Source of the DNA: Toensbergia leucococca
Lineage: Eukaryota
Direction: 5' to 3'
NCBI GenBank assembly: GCA_022813965.1
Contig: JALDZS010000210.1
Coordinates: 1-38,601 of the forward strand
DNA: 38,601 nucleotides
Positions 22,283 to 32,900 of this stretch are shown in pieces. The position numbers were made by a program, and so were the translations under genes. The notes below the pieces were generated by a model that saw only the letters and a program-made list of their open reading frames with translations, was not told where the DNA came from and did no database searches. Within the stretch, counting starts at the first letter, position 1. Each line of letters begins with the position of its first letter.

Positions 22283-22772
22283 CGAGGCCGAAGTTAATAG
22301 GGACAACTGCCGCCTTTCGCGCCGTTTCAGGCCTTTTCAACTGCATCGACGAAGCATCCTGAACTCAAGATGCGAGGATAAGTGGTATTTCTCATAATGG
22401 ATGGCGGCCATGGGGGTGCATCATGCACATCTTAAATTGCAATCCCAATGACTCCCACAATGCTGCTGGGTCAGGTTGTTACGTGTCTTGTATTTGCAAC
22501 CATGAATGAACGACTGTAATTCATACTCAGGTGGTACGGAGGAGGGAATACTATCTCAAGGTGATTCCAATAAGGTATTGTGGGTATTCAGCTTAGCTCC
22601 GGATTTAAGCCCACTCACGAAATATTCTAGTTCTAGCGTCCTCCAAAAATTGGCCTCATCCAGCGGGTGCAACCATTAATTGTGCCACTACGGATAGAAT
22701 AGCGTGCCTGATCCTCCGTGCACTGCAGAGTTGTGGCCCCCCTCCCCGAACACATCACTCTCGAACAAGGTC

Positions 22773-23830
22773 ATGTCAAACTCATCGCCAACACGTCGCA
22801 TTAATGGCACCTCTACACCCAGACCGACCCAAATCAGCTCTACCACGCCCCCAAAACCTACTCCCACAACGCTCTCTCCCCTTCTCCCGACTCCACTCGA
22901 AGGCCTCCTCCTAGCCATCTACCCAGGAACCCTCCTTCTCGGCTCCCTCTTCTCCCTCCTCGAACCTCACGCCCGCAACGCCCCGTACAGCGCAACTCTC
23001 CAGTCCCACCCTCCAGAACTCGCACCCTCCTACTTCGCCCAAAAAAAGAACCTCTTCAACGTCTTCTTCGTAAAAGTAGGCTGGTTTTGGACAACGCTCG
23101 CATTCATTATCTTCCTCTTCCTACACCCGAACACCGGACCGAGTCGAACTCTAGTACTTACACCGCGGCGGGTGCAGGGATTTTTGAGATGGGCTTTGGT
23201 GACGTTGTGGTGGATGGTGGTTACGCAGTGGTTTTTTGGGCCTCCCTTGATCGATCGCGGATTTCGCTTGACGGGGGGACAATGCGAGTTGATCAGGACA
23301 GAAGAGGGCAGGAAAGGAATGGGAGAGGCGAGGGAGCTTTTTACGGGGGCGGCATGCAAGTTGGCTGGAGGGAAATGGAAGGGCGGACATGATATCAGCG
23401 GGCATGTGTTCCTGTTGGTGCTGGGGAGTGCTTTCTTGTGGATGGAGATTCTGCCGGTTGTGATGAGGAGGGCGGGGTTGAGAGAGGAGAGGATGGTGAT
23501 GGATGCGAGTGGGAAGATTGGGAGTGCAGAGACGGAAGCTTGGAGTCGGGGTGAGGAGGACCGTGGTGGGGACGGTAGGGATGATAAGGGGGGTGTGAGT
23601 GCGCCTGTAGTGGTGGCGGGGATGTCCTGGTGGATGCTGCTGATGACGGCGGCGTATTTCCACACGTGGTTTGAAAAGGTTGGATTACTGCCTTTGAAAT
23701 CCAAACTCACATGGCTAACAGTTAATAGTTCACAGGCCTCCTCGTGGCTTTCGTCGGCGTTGCTACCGTGTACTTTCTCCCGCGCGCTCTGCCATCCATG
23801 AGAGCGGTAATCGGCATGCCTGGCGTCTAG
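22773..23830 (+). CDS. SCS3: FIT family ER membrane protein Scs3 (acyl-CoA diphosphatase / fat-storage-inducing transmembrane protein); join(22773..23678,23729..23830), about 335 aa
   Basis: YFAQKKNLFNVFFVKVGWFWT, TQWFFGPPLIDR, C...GGKWKGGHDISGHVFLL and TAAYFHTWFEK|FTGL. The 50-nt intron is GTTGGA...GCTAAC...TAG. Confidence 0.92.
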
Positions 23831-24179
23831 AAACATAGAAAACAACCTCCCCTCCTTTACCAGGCAAAGGACGCCAATATTGCATAGGTACTATACCATT
23901 CAGGTCATTCCTTTAGCAAAACACAATTAATCCTATGCACTCGAATAAACCCGAGGTTTCCTGTATGCCTGGCATTAGCTTGCTGACCCAAACTGCCTCA
24001 GATACCAAGAATTCACACCAACAACCGCAGTCCTCTTTTCCACTGTATCAGCTCCATTCTCGCCTTATCCATCGCTCCTCACTCCTATTCTTTCCCATTA
24101 ATCCCCAAATGGTCCCCATCCCCCTCCCCCCAGCACCCGCCGACCTCCCAATCCCATTCTCACACCCCCATCCCCCTAC

Positions 24180-24383
24180 TCAATCACCCCCCTCACAACA
24201 TCCCTCCCCCGCCTCCTCCCCTGCGACCCGCAACCCCATCTCCGCACAGCACTCCTGGCATCGATCTTCCAAATAGCGATGTTTGCGCCGCACAATCTTG
24301 CTACAACGCCCTGTCGCGCAGAGGGTCAGGAGGGTGGAGTGCGTGTGGCCGCAGCTGTGTTTGAGGGTCGTGTGTGTGCACAA
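24180..24383 (-). CDS. Small Cys-rich putative metal-binding protein (67 aa) beginning with TTG rather than ATG
   Basis: (L/M)CTHTTLKHSCGHTHSTLLTLCATGRC...RCQECC resembles the common fungal MC-x8-CGH-x8-C-x4-C...CxxC pattern. It is preceded by a C/A-rich ATG-free leader and an A9 run. The first codon is TTG (24383-24381). Confidence 0.55.
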   Translation of the reverse strand: MCTHTTLKHSCGHTHSTLLTLCATGRCSKIVRRKHRYLEDRCQECCAEMGLRVAGEEAGEGCCEGGD

Positions 24384-25158
24384 TTTTTTTTTGGCTTGTT
24401 TGCTTTGGTTGGGGTTGGGGTGTTTGAGGAGTGGGGGTTGAGGGAGTGGGGGGGTTTTATGAAGGGGAGAATGGTTGCTTTGTGTTGTTGTTGGGTTTGT
24501 TGAGTTGATGAGTTGATGAGATGGGTTTTTGTTGTGAAGGGGTAGTGTTGTTTTTATTTGAGTAGCTATGTTCGGAAAGGGGGGGTTCTTTGTTGGGAAG
24601 GCTTGTGGGGACTTGCAAAAGGCTTCTTCACTACTATTTGAGGCATCACATACTCACAGTGAGATGGGGTCTTCGCTAGCAGAGAGCCAAGAATACTTAT
24701 TATTGTTTCGAGTCCCGGATATCATTCGGGAAACTGTTGACAAGAAACTAAATTCTAGGTAGTGAATTGTTTGAGACAGAGCCAGATTCCAGCTCCCAAT
24801 AACTTCAATTATAGGTACATCTTGCTGAGGAGCTCGCTTCCAAGCCTGGCGATGCAAAGACTTCATAAGCTGAGAGTCACGGGCGTGCTGTCGAGGGCCA
24901 GCGAATCGTCCAATCACGGTTGACGAATACGAGAATACTTTTTGAAACATAGCCAAAGCCCTTGCTTTCACCAACCACTGAGGGGAAAAGTAAAAATATT
25001 CAAAAAACTCGTGCTTTGTGAAGCAACGAGCCATTTTCGTCGGTTTGTATCAAACCTTGTATAGACTTCGTCGTGATATCGGTGTAAATTATGAGGATTC
25101 TGAATTTGGTCTTGTGTAACCTGCTTTGTGGTGGACTTAGATGAAGATTGAACGACCC

Positions 25159-26136
25159 TCACTCTTCAGGAGGGTGGTGATAAGCAGACGAGGCTATCAC
25201 ACCCCATTGTCGGTCATGTCTGATAAATTGCGTCCAAGGGAACCGCGAAATCCGTTCTTTCAGACCCATTTTCTGCTCGTGCCCAGGTTGTACGGGCAGG
25301 ATCCACTTGTATCTGCTCGACAAAGCTGGCCCAACCCATCTCGGTCTCATCCGCCACCGGTTTCTACCAAAAGGAAAGTTCACTTCTACAAACCGTAGGT
25401 CCTCGAACTCCGCCCACTTCTGATTAAATTCTTCGGGGGACATTCCCGATTCGTCAAATGCTGCGACGACGTATCGGAACGCTTTCTTGTACAAGAAACA
25501 CCACGCAGGATCTGGATCGGTCTTATGGTGAGAGCCTGCCACCACTTCGCAAACCGAACAGATGTCTGGTCTAGTCTCCGGATCCCACCGCAGGCAGGAA
25601 CATAGGCAACTCATGTCCCAGCTCTCAACAAAGGCTGTTACGAGCCTCATTTCCTTGTTGCGGCTCTGTACAAAGCTGTGCCATTCAACCATGTCGTCCA
25701 TTGGTACTTTCAATTGCCAATCCAAAGGAGCTAAGTCACTATAGTTATCCAACGACCTTTCCCATCTCTTAACGAGGCGATTAACATGTCGCCGGTATGA
25801 CTTGTACTTCTGCTGTGGCCGGATCGTGATGGTCTTGTACCTGTCGGGCTCTATCTTGTGGTATAAATACTTGCTAGAAAGTCCTAGAAGAATGGCTTCG
25901 TAGGGATATAGGTAGTCAACGATGATATCAATGATCTCGGCTGGAAGTCGCTCGATGGGTTTAAGTTTAACCGATGAGGTTGGGTCCGTTCGAAAGGATA
26001 CACCAGGCACTGCCTTGTCCGTTAAAGACGTCGTCTCCACATCATCCTTGGAAAGATAGTACAAGCGCCGGAACTCCACGAAATTTCGGACAAATTGTCG
26101 AAGTTCTTCGCCCCGCGAGGGTTGACGGTAAGGCAT
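25159..26136 (-). CDS. F-box domain protein with uncharacterised C-terminus, 325 aa
   Basis: Long ATG-initiated ORF with F-box motif IERLPAEIIDIIVDYLYPYEAILLGLSSKYLY and a Cys cluster CLCSC...CSVC downstream. Confidence 0.75.
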   Translation of the reverse strand: MPYRQPSRGEELRQFVRNFVEFRRLYYLSKDDVETTSLTDKAVPGVSFRTDPTSSVKLKPIERLPAEIIDIIVDYLYPYEAILLGLSSKYLYHKIEPDRYKTITIRPQQKYKSYRRHVNRLVKRWERSLDNYSDLAPLDWQLKVPMDDMVEWHSFVQSRNKEMRLVTAFVESWDMSCLCSCLRWDPETRPDICSVCEVVAGSHHKTDPDPAWCFLYKKAFRYVVAAFDESGMSPEEFNQKWAEFEDLRFVEVNFPFGRNRWRMRPRWVGPALSSRYKWILPVQPGHEQKMGLKERISRFPWTQFIRHDRQWGVIASSAYHHPPEE

Positions 26137-26576
26137 AATAAGAATCAGACTATTTAGGGTCAGTATTTTGGTTAAATGAGTATTATAATGGTAGGACCTA
26201 AAGCTGCGTTAAGGCAGATATCTTTCTGATAGCCTTGGGCCTTTGTTCCTGCGATGAAAGTAATCTAAAGAGGATATGGCACGCTCGAAAATTTAGGAGC
26301 AAGTGGATGGTGTAATTTTGTCGAAGAATCTACTCTCACAAATTGTGCGAGTCTCAGTGTAGTTAAGTGGACCAAAAAAATCTCATGTGTGTAAAGTGCT
26401 CAAATCCCCTCACGATCTTTTGGTTCATCATTGACACTGTTCTTGAGCGAGCTTAGGAGTTTTGCCACATGCCTAGGTAGGTAGGTACGTACACGGCATG
26501 CGAGCATGCATCGTCAGTGACCGAAATGGCTCATTCTAGAGAGCACTTTCCGATTTTGTGTAAATTCCTAATGGTA

Positions 26577-27278
26577 CCGTACGAAATAGTACGAGGTACT
26601 ACTTAAGATAGTCTTATAACTCGTTCGTCGTATGGAGGCCAATCCGAACCACGTTATAACTTAGTAGTATATTATAAGGCAATGGCATTATATAAATCAG
26701 CAGTATCTTATAGTATCTTATAAATCGTTCCCCGGGCAAGGTCTCAGTAAAAAATCACCACATTCGCTACTACCTCCCAAAATGCCTGTCATGGGAAGTA
26801 TGATTCTGAGAAATATACCGTGGACGGAAGAAGGGTGACGTTGACCGGGTGGGTGATATAGGCTTGAAAGAAGTTTCATGATGATCACCCATGTTTGATA
26901 CGCAAAATCCTTAGGCGGGTAGAATCATCTCTGGCTGTGAAAGAAAGTGAGAACAACAAGCTCTGAATCAAGGACATTTCAAATGTAAAGGTGAGCGACT
27001 GAAAACGACAATCAGAAGGGGTAGATGTGATCAATCTTTAAGCAATTGATGGAAAAAAGAGAAGGAAAATGATGACGATATGCAGATGTTTGACAGCGTT
27101 GACGAAAATGATGAGTTAGACAGTCAAAGTCAAGTGAAGATAGAGGAGGTGGAATGCGTACCTGATATTCCATAAATAGGTAGGAAGATATTTATCATGC
27201 ATCTAAACAATTTCAGTCTCAAAAGTTGATTTGAAAACTTTTATAACCCAGTAGTATCTTATGTACTGATTCATACGG
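26577..27278 (+). mobile_element. Second, more degenerate non-autonomous pogo/Tc2-like element (702 bp) related to the 11764-12602 element
   Basis: Ends are TA|CCGTACGAAATAGTAC and GTACTGATTCATACGG|TA (imperfect TIR). It shares cgggcaaggtct and TATCTTATA repeats with copy 1. A colinear transposase remnant reads HGKYDSEKYTVDGRRVTLTGWVI*A*KKFH...LIRKILRRVESSLAVKESENNKL*IKDISNVKVSD*, followed by EEVECVPD. Confidence 0.85.
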
Positions 27279-27797
27279 TACTTTTGATCGCTATTGTCTT
27301 GATCAGAACCCTAATTGATGGATTCGGCATCTGCAATTTGAAGTGCCTCCGTTTGTTCCTAAGTAGGTAATAACCACAAAACGTACGCATGGACTGACTG
27401 TCGCTTTGGTGGGATCGGCGAATAGGCACTAGAAACGGGCTAGGAGGAATGAACGTTGCGTGGACCCTTTTTCAACGTACTTTACTCTTGCATTATTTTA
27501 TGGAAACGATCAGATCTAATACTTATGTTGGCATCGATTCGGATCTAAGACCACATCCGCAAAGAAACCTCACTCATCACACTGCTTGCAAGATTACTTG
27601 AGTGGAAGTAGTTTGCAGTAGGAGGAGCAGCGTCAGGCCTCTCGAATTGTGGATTGACTACCAATGGATAAAATTGTACATCGAATGTTCAGTGAGAATA
27701 TTTAGAGACGAGAATACTCGCCAAGAATGCCTGTATCCTGATGAAAGACTCGAAAGACGCCTCGGGATATGCAACATGTTTTACATGCAAAGGTCAT

Positions 27798-29119
27798 TCA
27801 ACCGGCCACCAGAACCCATAGGAGGAAGAAAATCTGCCTCAGCAGTTAGCAGACATGCGGGACGCGACAGCGGGAACACTAACCATTAGGACACCAAACA
27901 TTTTGGCAACGAGCCATCTATTTCCGGAGACCCTCGACCAGTACTTCATTAACTCTCGCTGCGCGCCTTGGACGTTGTCGACCACGTCTTCAGTGTTGGC
28001 GTCAATTCTCTGCACCATTTCACTGCAATCTCGTTAACGAATACTTCATCAAACTCAGCCAACAGTACAGACCCTTGCTCTGACACCATACTAGCCAGTT
28101 GGCCAAAGACGCTACCGAGCTCATTTATAGTCCGTTCTATGGCCTCTATTGCCTCACCACGCATGTTTATGTATGTATTGGTTGGTTGGGCTTCCTCCAT
28201 CATTAATAGCTGCTGGTCTGATTGGGGACCGCCTCGAGTCAATGCCGAAGAAGAGGAGGGGTCAAGGTTAAGGATGTCGGGATTGGAATTCTGGTACCCA
28301 GGCTGCGGTGTTAGAGATTTCGTAGGGGTATTGTACAGAGGTGACGCAGATTGCTGAGGATCAAGCGAAGATTGAGTATGTGATGATACTGACGAGACAA
28401 AGTTCTCCGTTCGTGAGCGGGAGGCTTGGATGTTTTTAGTGCGGACCTCGAGGACCTCCTTAAAATTGACTCCCACGTCGGCGAGCTTGCCCTGTAACAG
28501 TACAACCACCTGCAATCACTCAGCTCACGTTAACAGCAATTGGAAGTGTTGAGCATACATTCTTGTTATGTTCCCCTTCCTGATCTCCGCTTTTATTTCG
28601 TGTGGTCTGAGAGTGCTGGGCCTTCGATAAAGATTGAAGCGAAGATATCTGAGAATTGAGAGACGACAGATCTTGCTTAATGACATAGGTCAACTCAGCA
28701 ATCTCAACTGGTCTATCATCAAACAGGGTTTTCCTCTTGGCCACTGTGCCCGGATAATCTAGTCAGCATGAACTTCACGCTAATTTGCGCCTCCTGGACA
28801 AATGGACACAATCTGCTGGTGTATACACAACATAGAGAGCCTGGTACTACGTACACTGGGCGAGTCTTTGTAGCTTCTCCATAGTCCCTGTTATACCCCG
28901 CCCAATCTCGGCTGCTTTCCTTGCAAATTCCGACCGTGTCCCCCTCTTTCCAGCTTTTAGATCTCCATTTGGGGACCCATTTGCTGCTCGCCTTTGAGTT
29001 TCTGTCAGTAGCGACTGACGCTGAGAGCCGACCTTTGTAGAATGTTGTCTCTTCTGTGCCTGCGCAAGTACGGCTCGGAACTCTTCTGTTCGGTCTTGTA
29101 TTGAGGATGTAACCATCAT
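27798..29119 (-). CDS. SED5: cis-Golgi t-SNARE syntaxin Sed5; complement(join(27798..27833,27884..28022,28073..28509,28559..28743,28855..29119)), about 353 aa
   Basis: IQDRTEEF N-peptide, LAKRKTLFDDRPVEIAELTYVIKQDL, SNARE motif AIEAIERTINELGSVFGQLASMVSEQGEMVQRIDAN and a C-terminal transmembrane segment. Four GT-AG introns give a 1062-nt CDS. Confidence 0.96.
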
Positions 29120-29968
29120 CAACGGGTAGATGGGATCGCCTCAGTTCCAGAAATAATCCACCTCTGATCTGTGACTGGTTTACCCCTCCGAGTCTGAAAT
29201 TGGTCCAGCTTCCTCGTAAAAGACGTGTCCTCTCAAGTAGGCGTTCGATGAATGTGATTCCTGCTTTTGAACAGACTTCAGCGCGACACTTTGTGTAAGA
29301 CGTCTAGCTAGAGAGGTGGGCCTTGAGTGATGTAAGTGTGATAGGGAACTAGAATTAGATTTGTGTTGCTTCCAGCGTGAACGTAGGCTTGTAGGTTTAA
29401 AGACTGAAGGTTACGTTTAATTGATGCGTTCAAACAAAGCAAACATGCGGCGAATAGTCCGGAAGTGCAGGTACAGGGGTAGGGGATGAAGGGTGGCGTT
29501 TGACTGGCTGTGCCAATTATCTGGTGCGCTTTGTTCCTGCGTGGAAACTGGATTGCGAGTATGTTTTCGTAAGCTGTCTTCAGCGTGAGTTGCGTCGGTG
29601 ATTCTCATTCTTGCCAACACTGGGGCATTGAGTACTCTTGTCCTCCTTGCGAACTGTTCTACATACACATCCATACTCTACCTACGATGCATTTCGGATT
29701 TGCTTGACTTACCCATCCGGCATGCAACAACTATCCAGGGAGCCAGTCCCCACATTGCCTCTATCTTGTGGCCATATAAAGAGACGCATGAAGAGGGAGG
29801 GAACTCCAGTGACCCCCACATTTCCCCTCAGCATATCACGTCTACGCACAGCCTTTTGAACGAGCCCAGATCAAGTCAATCTTCGCCGTAAGTCGAGCTT
29901 GTCACAAATGTGACACTATTGCACGCCTTACTCAAGTCCTTGTATCAAATTGACCACCGCCTGTCAAA

Positions 29969-32900
29969 ATGTCCCACCCGGCCGGCCAGCCGACCTCGTT
30001 CAAGACAAATGTCAACAGAGCCAAAACAAAACGATGGGTTGAAGCAAAATCATACTCATACGATGGCGATGACTGGGGAGACGTTGATGAATATGACGAA
30101 TATGGTGGATATGATGAGCCTCCAGCCCCGCCCAAACCTGCAGGCTTGAGGCAGCAAGGCCAGTCAGCCAACCGCGACTTCGACCAAGGCCCGCCGTCAG
30201 GCGTGCAACAGGGCTCTCTTGACGATGGAGGACAAACGTATGGCAACATCGGTGGGCCACCTCCGCAACAACAGCAGTATGGAGCCCGCAGTGTCACAAA
30301 CCCTCAACGGCCCTACTACTCTGATATGGGAAGGTCAAGCTCCTTTGACCGTGGAGACGAAAGACGTGCTTTCTCAGCCGGTGGCCCTGAGTATGGTATG
30401 GCCAGTCCGAACCAGGCGCCTTACCATCACCCACCTCCTCAGCAAGAACAACCTCCCGCAACGAGACTCCCGTCTTTGGGCGTTGATACCCGCTCATATA
30501 ATGCCTCTATACCTCAAGACGTACACCCACCTGGTCAACCATATCAGACTCAGCCAAGACAGTACCAGACCGGCCCCTCATTATCTTCACAGGCTCAAGA
30601 TAGGCCTAGCATGGACAGCCAAACTCGAAATACTGAGTTAGTGCACCCGCCAGCAGTCAATTATCGCGGTGTTTCTTACTCAGATCAACCTCATCGGACG
30701 AGCACTGGCAGCAGGACGCAGTCGATGAACAGTAATTCCCCTTCCCTAGATATTCACAATCGGCGTGACTTCTCCCCCTCGGCAATGCCTCCACCCTTAC
30801 ACACCCGTGCATCGCCTCCTCCTCACGGTTCTGCTGAAACCCAGCTGTCTAATCGATTTCCGCCGCGGAAGAGTAGCCTGAATCGGCAAGATTCTCCTAC
30901 CTTGCCTAATCTAGGCCAGGCCTCTAGCATGCTATCAGGTCCTCTTACGTCTTTCGATGCATCAGTAGACCCTGAAGATAGCCTGGCCCTTACAAAAGAA
31001 CGCGCAAGTAGCACTTTTAGCAAGCCACTACCTTTCGTTCGGCCAGCGGATATCTACAGGCGAATGCAAGAAGAGAAAGAAAGAGAGAAACAATCGCAAA
31101 GCTCCTCCAGACCTAGCATGAACGCTGTTATCGACAGTTCAAATGAGCCTGAAATTAATCCTAGCAGTAGTCACGCTGGCAAGCGTTTAGAGTTGGATAG
31201 TACAGGCCGAGAAGCACCTAGATCAGTCAACGCTAATCGTTTAGCCGGTGATGAGATAGGTCGCAGATCTCAGGAACCCTTTGACCCTGAGAGTGGAACT
31301 AGCTTCGACGATTTCTCTAGAAAAAATTCTTCATCAGCTGCTAAAACGAATTCTACGACTCCTACGGCTTTGGAGGAGACACGGCCGAATGTGCATGACA
31401 AAATTCAGGACGACTATGGCACTCAGCAGTCGAGATTACCCGATGTTCCACACGTTTCTGGCTTCGGGGAATCCTTCCTTGGGACCCCTAACGATACAGG
31501 CGCAGACAGGACGTCATCCCCAGTTGCATCAGGCTGGCACTCGCACCCGGCAATCAATCCCTCAATTCAACCACCAGAAAGCAGTGATTTACAGCATCAG
31601 CCTTCTCTCGGATTCCGATCTGTTGTCAATCAGGCATTTGATGTTCCTGATGATCAAGCTCCCCCTACTCCTTCTTCCACCGTCGTGCGTACCAACAGTG
31701 AAAGTACAAGCGGCGTGAGTCCGATTATGAGCAGGGGCCCTAGTACAGCTACAGCAGAATCCAAATCAAGAGAAGCAGAGTCCAGAGCGATCAGTACTCC
31801 GATGATCCCCGAAGAAGTAAGTGAGTTTAGATCAAAGCGAGCATCTTCGAGTACTCCAAGATACGAGACTGGCTCAAGACCTGCTTCGTCGAGCACTCTT
31901 GGCACTCCCAGGCAAATTGTAAGAAAGCCGTCTCCATCTCAAAATGCACGACCAGAATCAGGTGATTCGGTTCCCACGTCGTTCATACCGGGCCATCGGA
32001 GGAACATAAGTACACCAAGCCCCGATAATAGTCCAGCAAGAACGCCGACGCTAGAGGCAATTAGTCAACTGCGCCAACCCCAAGCAGCAGAGTTGGCAAT
32101 AAATCCAGGCGCACGAGGTCCAGAATATGCTCATGATGAAACTCGCAGTCCTACTTCAGACTATGCTGCTCGTGAATCTGAACCCGACTCTGCTATCAGC
32201 CAGGGTTCGGACATGCGGTCTGCAGTCATTGCTGCTGCTACTTCTGATCCACGGACCTCATTTTTAGAAAAACGTAAAGGTGGCTCGGTTGGTGGGATGA
32301 GTATAGTATCAGTCGACTCTTCTGGCGAACGAGCAGATTCCCCGAGCAAAAGCAGAGTGCGTGATCTAGCTGGTAGATTTGAGAGCGGTGATAGTAATTC
32401 GAGAAACTCTGATCAGTCTCTCCCCCTACGTGGTGGGGTGTCTACAGCTAGCTCGCAAAGACTCAATGAGCTCAGTCAAGCTCGTCCATTAGCTGACCGC
32501 ATGGAGAGTTTTAGGCCACGTTTACCAGGTGGATGGGAGTCATTCGCATCTAATGCTCCATCAACACCTCCTAATAGGCAAAATACATTCAGTTCGGATG
32601 ACCCTGCTGAGCAAGTGGTCATTTCGGACACAGCCCAGCAGCATGAAGCAAAAATGGATACACCTGTCACTGCTAGATTGGCAGAGCGAAAGAAAGTAGA
32701 TCAGTCATCTATATCGAAAGATGAGGAGTCTTCTAGCGATCCTTATTCTATTTTGGCAGCTGCAGGTACAGCTCTAGCCGGCGCTCTTGTCGCAGCTGCT
32801 GGAATGGATCATCACGAATCGTCTACCAACGCAGGCTTGGAGACCCCGCCCAGCGGCCATCAGAGTCCTCAGGATTCTGAGGGACATGGAGCCGTGCGGG

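Noticed and set aside
23030..23845. 271-aa antisense ORF over SCS3 and similar long antisense ORFs elsewhere
   Set aside because: These are shadow ORFs caused by biased codon usage of the real genes.
24654..25162. Possible spliced 3' extension of the F-box gene (GTGAGG overlapping its stop) or separate small ORFs
   Set aside because: The candidate intron is only about 42 nt with a weak branch site, and the translations show no recognisable motif.
11764..27278. The two pogo-like elements as ends of one composite transposon carrying 14 kb of cargo
   Set aside because: Each has its own TIR pair and TA flanks, they are strongly diverged, and the interval contains the conserved gene SCS3.
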